DNA from: Desulfobacterales bacterium
GTDB taxonomy: Bacteria; Desulfobacterota; Desulfobacteria; Desulfobacterales; UBA5852
Direction of reading: 5' to 3'
Length of the DNA stretch: 64,000 bases
Assembly (NCBI GenBank): GCA_963674755.2
Contig: CAXXVS010000003.1
Span: forward strand, 1,408,001 to 1,472,000
The notes under the pieces were generated by a model, which worked only from the letters and a program-made list of their open reading frames with translations, was not told the origin of the DNA and made no database searches. Each line of letters begins with the position of its first letter. Within the stretch, counting starts at the first letter, position 1. The translations under genes were made by a program, and so were the position numbers. Below, one piece after another: positions 41,069 to 51,924 of this stretch.

Positions 41069-41806
41069 TCAGCACATGCCGCCGTTGACGCCGATCACCT
41101 GACCGGTGATGTAGGAGGCCTCCTCCGAGCAGAGGAAGCGCACCAGGCCGCTGACCTCTTCAGGGCGCCCCACCCGTGACATGGGGATGGCCTGCTTGAT
41201 CATATCCACCGGCAGGTCCTTGGTCATCTCCGTATCGATCAGCCCCGGTGCCACCACATTGACCCGGATGCCCAACCGTCCCACCTCGGCCGCCAACGCC
41301 TTGCTGGCGCCGATCAGCCCTGCCTTGGCCGCCGAATAGTTGACCTGTCCCCGGTTGCCCATGATGCCCGAGACCGAAGAGATCGTGACAATCGAGCCCT
41401 TTTTGCGGCGGATCATTTTTTTGATGACCGGCTTGGTGACGTTGTAGAAGCCCTTGAGGGCCACATCGATGACCGAATTCCACTTGCTGTCCTTCATCAT
41501 AAGGAAGAGGTCGTCGGCCGTGATGCCGGCATTGTTGACCAGCACCTCGATGGCATCGTAGCGGGCGGTGATGTCCTTCATGGCCGCACCGGCCTTTTCC
41601 GGGTCGGCCACATCGAAGGCCACGGTTTCAATGGTCCCCCCGGCGCCTTCGATTTCCGCCCGGGTCTCATCGGCCGAAGCCTGGTTGGAGTGGTAGTTGG
41701 CCACCACATGGTAGCCGGCGGCCGCCAGGGTGGCCGATATGGCGCGCCCGATGCCGCGGGTGCCGCCGGTGACGATGGCCACGCGTTTTTCGTTGTCCGT
41801 GCTCAT
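41069..41806 (-). CDS. fabG: 3-oxoacyl-ACP reductase
   Basis: TGGTRGIG, NNAGITAD, NYSAAKAG, YITGQVIGVNGG. Confidence 0.92.
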   Translation of the reverse strand: MSTDNEKRVAIVTGGTRGIGRAISATLAAAGYHVVANYHSNQASADETRAEIEGAGGTIETVAFDVADPEKAGAAMKDITARYDAIEVLVNNAGITADDLFLMMKDSKWNSVIDVALKGFYNVTKPVIKKMIRRKKGSIVTISSVSGIMGNRGQVNYSAAKAGLIGASKALAAEVGRLGIRVNVVAPGLIDTEMTKDLPVDMIKQAIPMSRVGRPEEVSGLVRFLCSEEASYITGQVIGVNGGMC

Positions 41807-42183
41807 GGGGAAGATCCTCCTGTGGGATCGAAGTCCGCCGCGATGGCCGCAGCCAGTTTCGATCCGGAAACGCTGAAGCGTCCCATTGGCGGAAATGTCA
41901 TACGCCTTGCGCTTGTGACGGCTTTTCCTACAACAGAAGCGACGCGTCTGTAAAGGGTGAAGCCCGAGGCCGGTGATCGCGGGTGTGGCCCAAAAAGCGG
42001 TTGAACTGGCCCCTGGCTTGAACTATGTTCTTTTAATTTAAACAGGGGATAAGCACAGCTTGACCCCGATCATCAAGGGCATCGATCCCCGCCGTCGGTG
42101 GGAGACGGGAGGTGCCGGCCAGCCCGGCATTTTCAGGAATGCGTTGCAGACGTGGTCTTAACAACATGTGGAGCGGTGATTGA

Positions 42184-42456
42184 ATGGACGATTTTATCGA
42201 GGAACTGAAAGTACAGATTATTGAAACCCTGGCCCTGGAAGATGTTACCCCCCAGGATATCGATCCGGAAGGCCAATTGGTGGGCGGCGATCTCGGCATC
42301 GACTCCATCGACGTGCTCGAACTGGTGATGATGGTGGAAAAGGAATACGGCGTGGTGATCGACAGCAAGGAGCTGGGGGCCCAGGTTTTCGCCAGCCTGA
42401 AAGCGCTGGGCGATTATATCCGGCAGGTGCGCAGCGAGGGACGGGCGGTTGGCTGA
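42184..42456 (+). CDS. Acyl carrier protein
   Basis: LGIDSIDVLEL. Confidence 0.92.
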   Translation: MDDFIEELKVQIIETLALEDVTPQDIDPEGQLVGGDLGIDSIDVLELVMMVEKEYGVVIDSKELGAQVFASLKALGDYIRQVRSEGRAVG

Positions 42457-44695
42457 CCGGCAACGGGTCTTTATCAGCGGCATGGGCATTATCAGCGCCA
42501 TGGGGATCGGCGTGGACGCGACGCTCAAGGCGCTGCAGCGCGCCGCCACGGGCATTCGCCCCCTGACGCTTTTCCCGTGCCCGTTTGAAACGCCCCTGCC
42601 GGTGGGTGAGGTGGGGGACCTGCCCCGGGTGGCGGTGGGCCTGCCGCGGACCCACCAGCTGGCGCTGGCGGCCGTTCAGGAGGCCATGCAGGATGCGGAA
42701 ACGGTTCCGGACATGGTCATTATGGGAGTGACCACCGGGGGGATGCTCTCCACCGAGCGTGATTTGAAGCAGGGGCGGCGCATTCCGCGGTTTTCGCCCT
42801 ACCATGCGGCCGGTTCGGTGGCGGGAGTGCTTGCGGAAGAATGCGGCTGCCGCGGGCCGGTGATGACCGTATCTACGGCCTGTTCCTCCGGCGCCGTGGC
42901 CATCAAACTGGCCCTGGAGGTGCTTCGGCAGGGGGGCGCCCGGACCGTCCTGGTGGGGGGAGCGGATTCTCTGTGCCGGTTGACCTATTACGGTTTCAAC
43001 AGCCTGCAGATCGTGGACCGCCACGGCGCCCGTCCCATGGATCGGGACCGCCAGGGCATGAATGTGGGCGAGGGGGCGGCCATGCTGCTCTTGACAGCGG
43101 CCCACCAACCGCCACCCCGGGCGGTGGCCGAGGTCCTCGGCGGGGGGCTGTCCTGCGATGCCCACCACCCGGCGGCCCCCCACCCCGAAGGCCGGGGGGC
43201 CTACGATGCCATGGCCGCCGCCCTGTCGGACGCCGGCTTGCCGCCCCTATCCATAGATTATGTCAATCTGCATGGCACCGGCACCAAAGAAAACGATTTG
43301 TCCGAAGCGGTTGCCCTGCGGCGCATTTTCAAAGAGAACCTGCCGCCCGTCTCCTCGGTCAAAGGCTGTTTCGGCCACTCGCTGGCCGCGTCCGGTGTTA
43401 TCGAAGCGGTTGTGGCGGCCCTGTGTATCCGGGAAGGCTTTTTGCCGGCCAACGTGGGCTGGCGTCATCGCGACGAGGCCATCGGCTTCTGCCCGCTGGA
43501 GGCCCCCCGGTCCCAGGCGGTGGGGAAAGTCCTTTCCAACTCGTTTGGCTTCGGCGGCAACAACGCCGTGCTGGTGCTTGGGGACGCCGCGCCCTTGTCG
43601 ACGGCCCCCTCCGCGTCGGACTGGCGCACGCTGCAGGTCCGCAGCTACGCTTGTCTTACCGGGGCCGGCGGCACCGCCGCTACGCTGGAACGATTTTTCA
43701 GGGGGGCGTCCTGCAAGGGCACACTGGCGGCGGATCGCCTGACCGAAGGCCTGCCGCCCCGATCCGTAAGGCGGATGAAGCGCCTGCCGCGGATCGCCCT
43801 GGGGCTGGCGGCCCGAACCCTGAGGCGGATCGAGGGCGTCGGTCCTATCAGCGATGTCTATTTCGGGACGGCCTGGGGGGCGCTTTCGGAAACCCATGAT
43901 TTTCTGGACAAACTTTACGCAACCCAGGAGTTTTTCACCAGCCCCATCGATTTCGTGGGATCGGTCCACAATGCCCCGGCCGGTCAGATCGCCATGCGGG
44001 AGGGCGCCCGGGGGGCCAACGTCACCATGACCGGCGGCGATGCCTCTTTCGAGCAGGCCCTGACCGCGGCCCGTTTTCTGGCCGCCGGCGGCCGACAGTC
44101 GGTCCTGGTGGGAGGCGCCGATGAAATGCATCCCATTTTTTCAGCCCTCTTCGATCGATCGGTGACAATGGCCGACACCCCTTCGGACGGCGGCGGCATG
44201 CTGCTGCTGGAAACGGCCGGCGAAGCGGCCGGGCTGACGCTGCAGCCGGGATTTTTGGCGCCGGTGGGGAATCTGGGCGATTCCCTGGAGGCTGCGGCCG
44301 CTTTTCATGGCGGACCGGACGGCATCAACCAGCGCATCGGTGCGATCATGGTTGGCATCCCCGCCGTCTGCCGGGAGGAGGCCACCCCGCTTCTGGAAGC
44401 GTTCCGGCGCCGACTGGGGTTTGAAGGCCCTTTTATCGATTATCGCCGCTATGTGGGGGAATTCGGCTCGGCTTCGGCCGTGGCCGCCGTGATCGCCCTG
44501 GCGCTCCTGGAGCGCGGGTCGGTTCCCGGCCCGCTGGCAGGAGGAAAAGAGTGGGCCCTGGCCGGCCGCGGCATCTTGCTGCTGGGCCTGGGGGCGACCC
44601 TGTCGACGATGCTGGCCGATTCGTCCGGCAGCGTTGTGCGCGACAGCGGGGGATCCTACTGCCGGAAGACCCCGTTTGGGGAGCCTATCCCTTGA
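42449..44695 (+). CDS. Ketosynthase fused to a catalytically degenerate KS (chain-length-factor-like) domain
   Basis: STACSSG, NLHGTGT, FGHSL, SNSFGFGG; second domain SPIDFVGSVHNAPAG..GGDASFEQAL lacks the Cys. Confidence 0.88.
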   Translation: MADRQRVFISGMGIISAMGIGVDATLKALQRAATGIRPLTLFPCPFETPLPVGEVGDLPRVAVGLPRTHQLALAAVQEAMQDAETVPDMVIMGVTTGGMLSTERDLKQGRRIPRFSPYHAAGSVAGVLAEECGCRGPVMTVSTACSSGAVAIKLALEVLRQGGARTVLVGGADSLCRLTYYGFNSLQIVDRHGARPMDRDRQGMNVGEGAAMLLLTAAHQPPPRAVAEVLGGGLSCDAHHPAAPHPEGRGAYDAMAAALSDAGLPPLSIDYVNLHGTGTKENDLSEAVALRRIFKENLPPVSSVKGCFGHSLAASGVIEAVVAALCIREGFLPANVGWRHRDEAIGFCPLEAPRSQAVGKVLSNSFGFGGNNAVLVLGDAAPLSTAPSASDWRTLQVRSYACLTGAGGTAATLERFFRGASCKGTLAADRLTEGLPPRSVRRMKRLPRIALGLAARTLRRIEGVGPISDVYFGTAWGALSETHDFLDKLYATQEFFTSPIDFVGSVHNAPAGQIAMREGARGANVTMTGGDASFEQALTAARFLAAGGRQSVLVGGADEMHPIFSALFDRSVTMADTPSDGGGMLLLETAGEAAGLTLQPGFLAPVGNLGDSLEAAAAFHGGPDGINQRIGAIMVGIPAVCREEATPLLEAFRRRLGFEGPFIDYRRYVGEFGSASAVAAVIALALLERGSVPGPLAGGKEWALAGRGILLLGLGATLSTMLADSSGSVVRDSGGSYCRKTPFGEPIP

Positions 44696-46041
44696 ATGTC
44701 CTGCTCGTGTCGGCCAACCGGCTCAAGGCCCCCTATGTGGTCTATCCCCTGGGGCTGGACTATGTGATGCAGGCCATCGAAGACCGCCATCAGGTGCGGG
44801 TGGTGGACCTCAACGCCTCTGGCGACGACACAGCCCTGGGAACGATGATAAAGGACTTCCCTCCCGACATCGTGGGACTTTCCATCCGCAACATCGACAA
44901 CACGGATGGCCTCGATTCGCGGGGCTTCATCGGGCAGCACCGGGATCTGGTGACCTTGATCAGATCCCAGACCGCGGCGCCCATCGTTCTGGGCGGCAGC
45001 GGCTTCACGATCTTCCCGGCCGAATTGATGGCCCTGCTGGGGGCCGACTACGGGATCATCGGAGAGGGCGAGCGCCTGGCCGCGCTGCTGGAGGCCATCG
45101 AAAAGGGGAGGGACCCCGCCGGGCTCCCCGGGGTGATCCTGCCGGGTCAGGCCGCGAATCTGCCTGAGCCGCTCGATACCCCCGTGGGCCGGACGCTCAA
45201 TGGGTCCCCTGCCGTAACGGATTACTATGTGCGCCACGGGGGCATGCTCAATCTCCAGTCCAAAAGAGGATGTCCGTTCCGCTGCATCTATTGCACCTAT
45301 CCCCACATCGAGGGGCGCTCCATGCGGCTGATCCCGCCCGGGGAAGTGGCGGCCACGGCCCTGGCCCTGCAAAAGGCCGGTGCGCGCTACCTGTTTATCA
45401 CGGATTCCGCCTTCAATGCGGATTATGCGCACAGCCGGGCGGTGGCGGAGGCCTTCCGGGGTGCCGGCCTGTCCATTCCCTGGGGAGCCTTTTTTGCGCC
45501 CACCCGTCCGCCGGGGGACTATTTCGTCCGTCTGGCCCAGGCCGGGCTGTCCCACGTCGAGTTCGGCACCGAGGCCATGGCGGACACCGTTCTTAAGGCC
45601 TACCGCAAGCCCTTTCGGGTGGCCGACATCCGCGTCGCCCATCAGGCGGCCCAGGCGGCGGGGGTGCATTGCGCCCATTATCTGCTGTTGGGCGGGCCAG
45701 GCGAGACAGCGGCCACCCTTGCGGAAACGCTTTCCAATATTGACAAATTGCGCAACACCGTTGTATTTTTTTTCTGCGGTATGCGGATTTACCCGCATAC
45801 CGCTCTTTATCGTTTGGCGGTCGCGCAAGGGGTCATTGCCCCGGACGCGGACCTGCTGAAACCCGTCTTCTACCGATCCGAGGATCTCGATGAAGACATC
45901 ATCCTGGAAAAGGTAAGGCAGGCGGCCGGCGGAAGAGCCAACTGGCTTTTCGGCGCCGGCGGGGAAGAAACGGAAAAGATCCTGGCTCGGTTGCACCGCA
46001 GCGGATTCACCGGACCGCTGTGGGAATTCCTGATTCGCTGA
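44692..46041 (+). CDS. Lipid-biosynthesis-type B12-binding radical SAM protein
   Basis: YPLGLDY, GLSIRNIDN, LGGSGF, KRGCPFRCIYC; TTG start overlapping the upstream stop. Confidence 0.9.
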   Translation: MNVLLVSANRLKAPYVVYPLGLDYVMQAIEDRHQVRVVDLNASGDDTALGTMIKDFPPDIVGLSIRNIDNTDGLDSRGFIGQHRDLVTLIRSQTAAPIVLGGSGFTIFPAELMALLGADYGIIGEGERLAALLEAIEKGRDPAGLPGVILPGQAANLPEPLDTPVGRTLNGSPAVTDYYVRHGGMLNLQSKRGCPFRCIYCTYPHIEGRSMRLIPPGEVAATALALQKAGARYLFITDSAFNADYAHSRAVAEAFRGAGLSIPWGAFFAPTRPPGDYFVRLAQAGLSHVEFGTEAMADTVLKAYRKPFRVADIRVAHQAAQAAGVHCAHYLLLGGPGETAATLAETLSNIDKLRNTVVFFFCGMRIYPHTALYRLAVAQGVIAPDADLLKPVFYRSEDLDEDIILEKVRQAAGGRANWLFGAGGEETEKILARLHRSGFTGPLWEFLIR

Positions 46042-46074
46042 GCGCCATCCGAAAAGAGAAGGACTTGATTACCA

Positions 46075-46422
46075 ATGCCGCCCAACACCGAACAGACCGC
46101 AGCCACAACCCGGCAGGTTGCCGTTCCGGCGGATTCGCTCTGGTTCCAGGGACATTTTCCGGGCGATCCCATGCTGCCGGGCATCGCCCAACTGCATCTC
46201 GTTGTGGAGACGCTAAAGGAGCGCCTGGGAGAAGGCCTACGTCTGACCAGCCTCAAACGGGTGCGGTTCAAACGCGTCATCCGGCCCGACGAGACCGTCG
46301 CGATCGCCGCCGATCCTGTGCCGGACAAGCCCGGCCTGTACCGCTTTCAATTGACAATCGGGGGCGAAAATGCCTGCGGCGGCTTGATGATGACCGATCG
46401 TGCCAATGCTGATGATCCGTGA
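46075..46422 (+). CDS. FabZ/ApeI-like hotdog dehydratase
   Basis: WFQGHFPGDPMLPG..VRFKRVIRP. Confidence 0.85.
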   Translation: MPPNTEQTAATTRQVAVPADSLWFQGHFPGDPMLPGIAQLHLVVETLKERLGEGLRLTSLKRVRFKRVIRPDETVAIAADPVPDKPGLYRFQLTIGGENACGGLMMTDRANADDP

Positions 46423-46488
46423 CGGGACCCCCGTGACGGTTAATGTTTAGGGTGAATTTGGAAATAGCTTAGAAGGGAGACACCATCA

Positions 46489-46749
46489 ATGGCAGTTGAA
46501 AGCAAGGAATCCGAGATTGTCCTGAAGGTCGCCGAAGTGCTGATCGATGAGTTGAAGCTGGAGGATGTGACCCCGGCGACCTTCGATCCGGAGATCGACC
46601 TGGTGGATGAAATCGGCATCGATAGCATGGATCTGGCCACCGTGGCGCTGGTCCTGCAGGATCATTACGGTATCCGCTTTGACGAGGACGATTATCCGAC
46701 GCTGACGACCGTGCGCAAGATTGCGGCTTATATCGGGGAGCGCCTCTAA
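46489..46749 (+). CDS. Acyl carrier protein
   Basis: IGIDSMDLA. Confidence 0.9.
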   Translation: MAVESKESEIVLKVAEVLIDELKLEDVTPATFDPEIDLVDEIGIDSMDLATVALVLQDHYGIRFDEDDYPTLTTVRKIAAYIGERL

Positions 46750-46776
46750 TTCTGAAAATCCCATGGGGAAAACCGC

Positions 46777-47871
46777 GTGACTGTACCACAAATAAAGGAT
46801 GATCAACACGTTTGCCGCGAACCTGAAACCCAATGGAAATTCGCCGATATCCTGGCGGATGCGGCCATCAATGAACGCTGGCAAAAGGTGCGCCGCTATT
46901 TTTTCCTGCGGGAGTCCACCTATGACATGACCCGGCGCTGCAATATCCGCTGCGAGGGCTGCTACTTCTTCGAAGGCGCCAAGCAATTTGCCGATGAAAA
47001 TGCCGATCCGGACGCCTGGCGGCAGCTCATGCAGGACGAAAAAGCCCGCGGGGTGACCTTTGTGGTGCTGGCCGGCGCCGAGCCGGGGCTCGTGCCGGAA
47101 CTCTGCCGGGTGTGCTACGAAGAGATGCCCCTGGGAACCATCGCCACCAACGGTCTGGTCCGCATCCCGGAAACCGTGGGCTACAAAATCCATATCTCGG
47201 TATGGGGCAATGATGCCACCAGCCGGCGCGTTCGCGGGGCCGCGCACATGCTGGAGCGCCAGATCGAAAATTACCGGAACGATCCCCGGGCGGTTTTCGT
47301 CTACACCTTTACCCCGGCCAACATCGAGGACGCCCGCGAGGTGGCGGAGATTCTGGCCGCCCGGGATGCCAAACTCACCTTCAACATGTTTTCCGCCCCG
47401 GTGGGGTATGACGGCCCGTTGAAGCACACCCCGGCTTCCCTGCGGAAAGTCCGGGAAACGATGCTGCAACTCCTTGCCGACTACCCGGAGCATGTCCTGT
47501 TTTCCAATTACAATGCCGTGGTACACACCCACGAGTTGGGCCTGCATGCCTTGTTCGCCTGCCCCTATCCCCGACGGAATGCTTCCCACAATGTCGGCCT
47601 GGGGCGTTCCTTCCGTCAATACCGCACCGACCTGAACTGGGATCGCCAGGCGGCCTGTTGCGTGCCGGATACGGACTGCGGCGATTGCCGCCATTACGCC
47701 GCCGGGAGCGCCATCGTGACCGCCAAACTGTTCCGCCACGCCACCGACCCGGTAACCTTCAGCGCCTGGTTGGACTATGTGGACACCTACCTGGCGGTTT
47801 GGGTCAAGGGGTATGAAAAAGGCGCCAATCTCTACAGCGGTGTCACCGAACCTCCCTGTTGTGCGCCTTGA
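46777..47871 (+). CDS. Radical SAM protein
   Basis: TRRCNIRCEGC, AGAEP, ATNG; C-terminal CC-x5-C-x2-C. Confidence 0.88.
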   Translation: MTVPQIKDDQHVCREPETQWKFADILADAAINERWQKVRRYFFLRESTYDMTRRCNIRCEGCYFFEGAKQFADENADPDAWRQLMQDEKARGVTFVVLAGAEPGLVPELCRVCYEEMPLGTIATNGLVRIPETVGYKIHISVWGNDATSRRVRGAAHMLERQIENYRNDPRAVFVYTFTPANIEDAREVAEILAARDAKLTFNMFSAPVGYDGPLKHTPASLRKVRETMLQLLADYPEHVLFSNYNAVVHTHELGLHALFACPYPRRNASHNVGLGRSFRQYRTDLNWDRQAACCVPDTDCGDCRHYAAGSAIVTAKLFRHATDPVTFSAWLDYVDTYLAVWVKGYEKGANLYSGVTEPPCCAP

Positions 47872-47956
47872 ACAGGTGCCGGCCCAGGAGGGTTGCCCCC
47901 ACGCTGACCGGCAATCCCAGGGCTTTATGGCTGATTGTCGTTAGAAGGAGTTGTTG

Positions 47957-48955
47957 ATGAAAACGGTAAGTTCCCTGCTGGATGAGGCCTGGTATGCACG
48001 CTACAAGCGCATTTCCAAGCTGAACATCCGCAGTTCGATCTATGATGTCACCAACCGCTGCAACCTGCGCTGCAAGGGTTGCTTTTTCTTCTCTTCCGGC
48101 GAGGACAAGGCGGCCGACGAGGAAACCCGTCTGGAACGCTGGGAGACCTTTATCGACGACGAGATGGCCCGGGGGGTCAACCTGGCCATCCTGATCGGCG
48201 GTGAGCCCACCCTCCACCTGGATCGCGTGGAAGCCTTCTACCGGCGGCTGCCCACCTTCTGTGCCACCAACGGCCTGATCAAGGTGCCCCGGGACCGGTT
48301 CCCGGACCTGATGGTGGGGATCTCTCTGTGGGGGGACGAAAACGACGAGAAGGCCCTGCGAGGCAAAGACACTTTCGCCGTGTCGAGCCGCAACTACGCG
48401 GGCGATCCCCACACCTACTACCTTTACACCATCACCCCCAAACAGATCGGCAAGATCGAAACGGTGGTGCGCAAGATCCGGGATGTGGGCGTCAAGGTCC
48501 ATATGCAGCTGCTCTCCAACGACGAGGGCGTGGACGGTTTTTCCTGGAAGGACGAAGAGCTTCGGGATGTGCGCTTCGAGATGGACGAGATGCTGGACCG
48601 CTACCCGGACACCGTGATCTCCTGCAAATATTACCACCAGGTGATCACCTCGGGGGAGATGCTGGGGCGCCCCTTCGGGTGGAACGAATGCCCTTCGGTC
48701 ACCGAACCCCTGGACACCCGGGACCCCCAGCCCAAGCGCCTGATCCATTTCATCCGCTGGGCCTCGGACCTCGAGACCATGCACCGCTGCTGCACCTCGG
48801 AGACCCGGGACTGCCGGACCTGCAAGGACGGGGCCGCCCACATGAGCTGGATTATGGTCAACAAGCGGGCCCATATCCGCACCAGCGAAGATTTGCAGAA
48901 CTGGATCGAGGTTTACGAGATGTTCGCCAAACTTTACCAGTTCATTCCCTGGTAG
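47957..48955 (+). CDS. Radical SAM protein (paralog of the upstream gene)
   Basis: TNRCNLRCKGC, GGEP, ATNG; C-terminal CC-x6-C-x2-C. Confidence 0.88.
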   Translation: MKTVSSLLDEAWYARYKRISKLNIRSSIYDVTNRCNLRCKGCFFFSSGEDKAADEETRLERWETFIDDEMARGVNLAILIGGEPTLHLDRVEAFYRRLPTFCATNGLIKVPRDRFPDLMVGISLWGDENDEKALRGKDTFAVSSRNYAGDPHTYYLYTITPKQIGKIETVVRKIRDVGVKVHMQLLSNDEGVDGFSWKDEELRDVRFEMDEMLDRYPDTVISCKYYHQVITSGEMLGRPFGWNECPSVTEPLDTRDPQPKRLIHFIRWASDLETMHRCCTSETRDCRTCKDGAAHMSWIMVNKRAHIRTSEDLQNWIEVYEMFAKLYQFIPW

Positions 48956-49165
48956 AGCGGCGCGTGCCGCTCCCGCCGATGCATTTTCCGGCCGGAGCAC
49001 AGGACCTTTTTCGCCGCCGTTTCGGCCCTGATTCAGGACACGCCGAAGCGGCGGTTCGTTTTCTTCGACGTGGAGGAAAATGAACGCTTTTTTTAAACGC
49101 TTCCGGAAAGGTTCTATCTTTTTTCTACCCTTTTACCGGAAGCTGTGCATTAGCATTAACAACAA

Positions 49166-50416
49166 ATGAAATCTTCGAAAACCGTCATTGTCGGCTGGGA
49201 CATGGTCTCCCCCCTGGGGACCGAGCTGGAGGACCAGTGGACCCGTGCCGCCGCCGGGACGAGCGGCATCGGTCCCCTGACGCGCTTCGCCCTTCCGGAA
49301 AACTTCCCGGTGGCCATCGCCGGCCAGGTGCCGGACTGGGACGCCGGCCCCTATCCCTTCCTATCCCCCCGGCAAATGGCCCACTGGACATCGCCCATTT
49401 TCCCCCATGCCCTGCTGGTGGTGCACCGTGCCCTGGCCCGGGCCGGGATCGCGATCACCTCCGAGCTGGCCCCCCGGGTGGCCGTCACCTTCAGCAGCGC
49501 CGTCGGCGGCCTGGATGCGGTGCTCGCGGCCGACCGCAGGATGATCGCGGAAAACAAGCTGCCGCATCCCTTCACCAACCCCAATTCCTGCATCAACATG
49601 GTGGGGGGCAAGGTCTCCATCCTGACCGGCGCCACCGGCCCCATCACCGCCACCATCACGGCCTGCGCCACCGGCGTGACTTCCCTCATCATGGGGCACT
49701 TGCTCCTGGAACAGGGCCGGGCCGACCTGGCCATCTGCGGGGCCGTGGATTTCTGCCTGGTGGAGCCCATCGTGGCCGGCTTCGCCACCATGAACGGGGC
49801 CTACCAGCCCAAACCCGGCCAGGCACCGCTGCCGCCCGCACAGGCCAGCCGGCCTTTTTCCATGGGCCGGCGGGGATTCGTCATTGCGGAGGGGGCCGGC
49901 TGCCTCCTCCTGGCCACCGAGGCCTTTGCCCGGGACCACGGCCTGCCCCGGGACATTGCCCTGGCGGGCTGGAGCATGACCTCGGATGCCGCCCACTTCG
50001 TGGCGCCCAACCCGGCCACGGTTACCCGCTGCATCGCGGAAGCCGTGAACGACGCCGGTTTAAAGCCGGCCGAGGTGGATGCGGTCAACGCCCACGGGAC
50101 CTCCACCCGCATCGGAGACACGGTGGAAGCCGATGCCCTGACGGCTGTTTTCGGGGATCGCCCGCCGCCGGTGTCGGCCAACAAATCCATGACCGGCCAC
50201 GCCATGGGCGCTTCCAGCGCCATCGAAACCATTCTGGCCATCGAAGGCCTGCGGCGGGGGGCGTTGCTGCCCACCATCAACCACCAGCCGGACCCGGACA
50301 TCAAACTGGATGTGGTGGGGGAAGGGGCCCGCGCGCTGGATCAGACCTTCGTTTTGAAAAATGCCTTCGGGTTCGGCGGCTGCAACGCCTGCATCATTCT
50401 TCAGCGGCGGGGATGA
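49166..50416 (+). CDS. Beta-ketoacyl-ACP synthase (FabF-like)
   Basis: TACATG, NAHGTST, TGHAMGA, NAFGFGG. Confidence 0.92.
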   Translation: MKSSKTVIVGWDMVSPLGTELEDQWTRAAAGTSGIGPLTRFALPENFPVAIAGQVPDWDAGPYPFLSPRQMAHWTSPIFPHALLVVHRALARAGIAITSELAPRVAVTFSSAVGGLDAVLAADRRMIAENKLPHPFTNPNSCINMVGGKVSILTGATGPITATITACATGVTSLIMGHLLLEQGRADLAICGAVDFCLVEPIVAGFATMNGAYQPKPGQAPLPPAQASRPFSMGRRGFVIAEGAGCLLLATEAFARDHGLPRDIALAGWSMTSDAAHFVAPNPATVTRCIAEAVNDAGLKPAEVDAVNAHGTSTRIGDTVEADALTAVFGDRPPPVSANKSMTGHAMGASSAIETILAIEGLRRGALLPTINHQPDPDIKLDVVGEGARALDQTFVLKNAFGFGGCNACIILQRRG

Positions 50417-50658
50417 TAGAGCCGTTCCGGCTCGGCCGGCAGTGCATCCTGTCCAAACCGGCCAATCCATGATATGGCCCCCCTTCGGAAAAGGTGAAAA
50501 AGGACCGGCCGAAACCGACATCCCGGGTGCGGCCCCTTTATTATCCGACAATTGCGGTTATATTGGAAAAATGTGTGACCCTGCAAGCCGCCGGCTGTCG
50601 CGCGGCCTGGGATGAATGATGATCCGTACCTGACCGTGAAAAGGTGATCCGCTAGACC

Positions 50659-51924
50659 ATGAAAGCACCGGCCAATCGACACGTCTACGTTGTGGGCTAC
50701 GGGACGGCCACCCCGCTGGGGTTGACCTTCCCCGAAACCTGGCGGCGCGCCGTCCGGGGGGAATCGGGCCTGCGCCCCATCACCCGCTGCCAGGTGGAGA
50801 CCCGCAACAACGTGGTGGGCGAGATTCCGGGCTGGAACCCCGAGACCCTGGATTTCGTCGATAAAAAAGAGGCCTACAACTGGAATGCGGACTTCGTTCT
50901 GCTGACCATGGCCGTCTGCCGGGAAGCCCTGGCCCATGCGGGGCTCCCCATGGACGAGAAGATCGGACCGCGCACGGCCTGCCTGGTGGGATCGGCCTTG
51001 AACGGAACCGACGCCTACCGGACCGCCATGGACAATTACGTCAACCGCGGGCCGCTGAAGGTCAGTCCCTATCTTCTGCCCAACCTGTGCGCCAACCTGC
51101 CGGCGGGCAAGAGCGGCATGCTGGAGGGGTTCACCGGTCCGATTTTTTCCCCCCAGGGGGCCTGCGCCTCGGGCAACCACGCCATCGGTATCGGGGCCCG
51201 CATGATCCGCGACGGGGATTGCGACGTGGCCCTGGTGGGGGGCGTGGATACCTGCCTGATTCCGGAGATCATTCACGGTTTTGCCAATATGCTGGCCACC
51301 ATCAGCATCGGCCCCAAGGATCGGGCTTTTGGGGATCCGGGACAGGCCTCACGTCCCTTCAGCAGCGACCGTAAGGGGATGGTACTGTCCGAAGGAGGCG
51401 GCGTCCTGGTGCTGGCAGCGGACGACATCGTGTCCGCCCATGGCCTCAAGGCCCGGGCCGAGGTCCTGGGGATCGGCTGGACCTCGGATGCCTTTCACTT
51501 CACCCAGCCCAACGCGGAGACCATCGTGCGGGCCATCCGGGAGGCCATCGACGATGCCGGCCTGCAGCCGGAGGACATCCAGGTTGTCAATGCCCACGGC
51601 ACCTCGACCCTCAAGGGGGACCGCACGGAAATCGAGTGCCTGCGCAGCGTCTTCGGCGGGCGCGTTGGACGGATTCCGGTCTCGGCCAACAAATCCCAGA
51701 TCGGCCATTCCCTGGGGGCGGCGGCGGCCATCGAGGCCGCCCTGGCCATCGAGGGCATGCAGCGGGGGCTGATCCTGCCCACCATCAACCACATCCCCGA
51801 TCCGCATTTCGACGATATCGACGTGGTGCCCGGCCAGGCCCGGCACCAGGCCCACGAAATCGTGCTCTCCAATGCCTTCGGGTTCGGCGGCACCAACTGC
51901 TGCGTCGTGCTGCGAGGTCTGTAA
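50659..51924 (+). CDS. Beta-ketoacyl-ACP synthase (FabF-like)
   Basis: GACASG, NAHGTST, IGHSLGA, NAFGFGG. Confidence 0.92.
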   Translation: MKAPANRHVYVVGYGTATPLGLTFPETWRRAVRGESGLRPITRCQVETRNNVVGEIPGWNPETLDFVDKKEAYNWNADFVLLTMAVCREALAHAGLPMDEKIGPRTACLVGSALNGTDAYRTAMDNYVNRGPLKVSPYLLPNLCANLPAGKSGMLEGFTGPIFSPQGACASGNHAIGIGARMIRDGDCDVALVGGVDTCLIPEIIHGFANMLATISIGPKDRAFGDPGQASRPFSSDRKGMVLSEGGGVLVLAADDIVSAHGLKARAEVLGIGWTSDAFHFTQPNAETIVRAIREAIDDAGLQPEDIQVVNAHGTSTLKGDRTEIECLRSVFGGRVGRIPVSANKSQIGHSLGAAAAIEAALAIEGMQRGLILPTINHIPDPHFDDIDVVPGQARHQAHEIVLSNAFGFGGTNCCVVLRGL

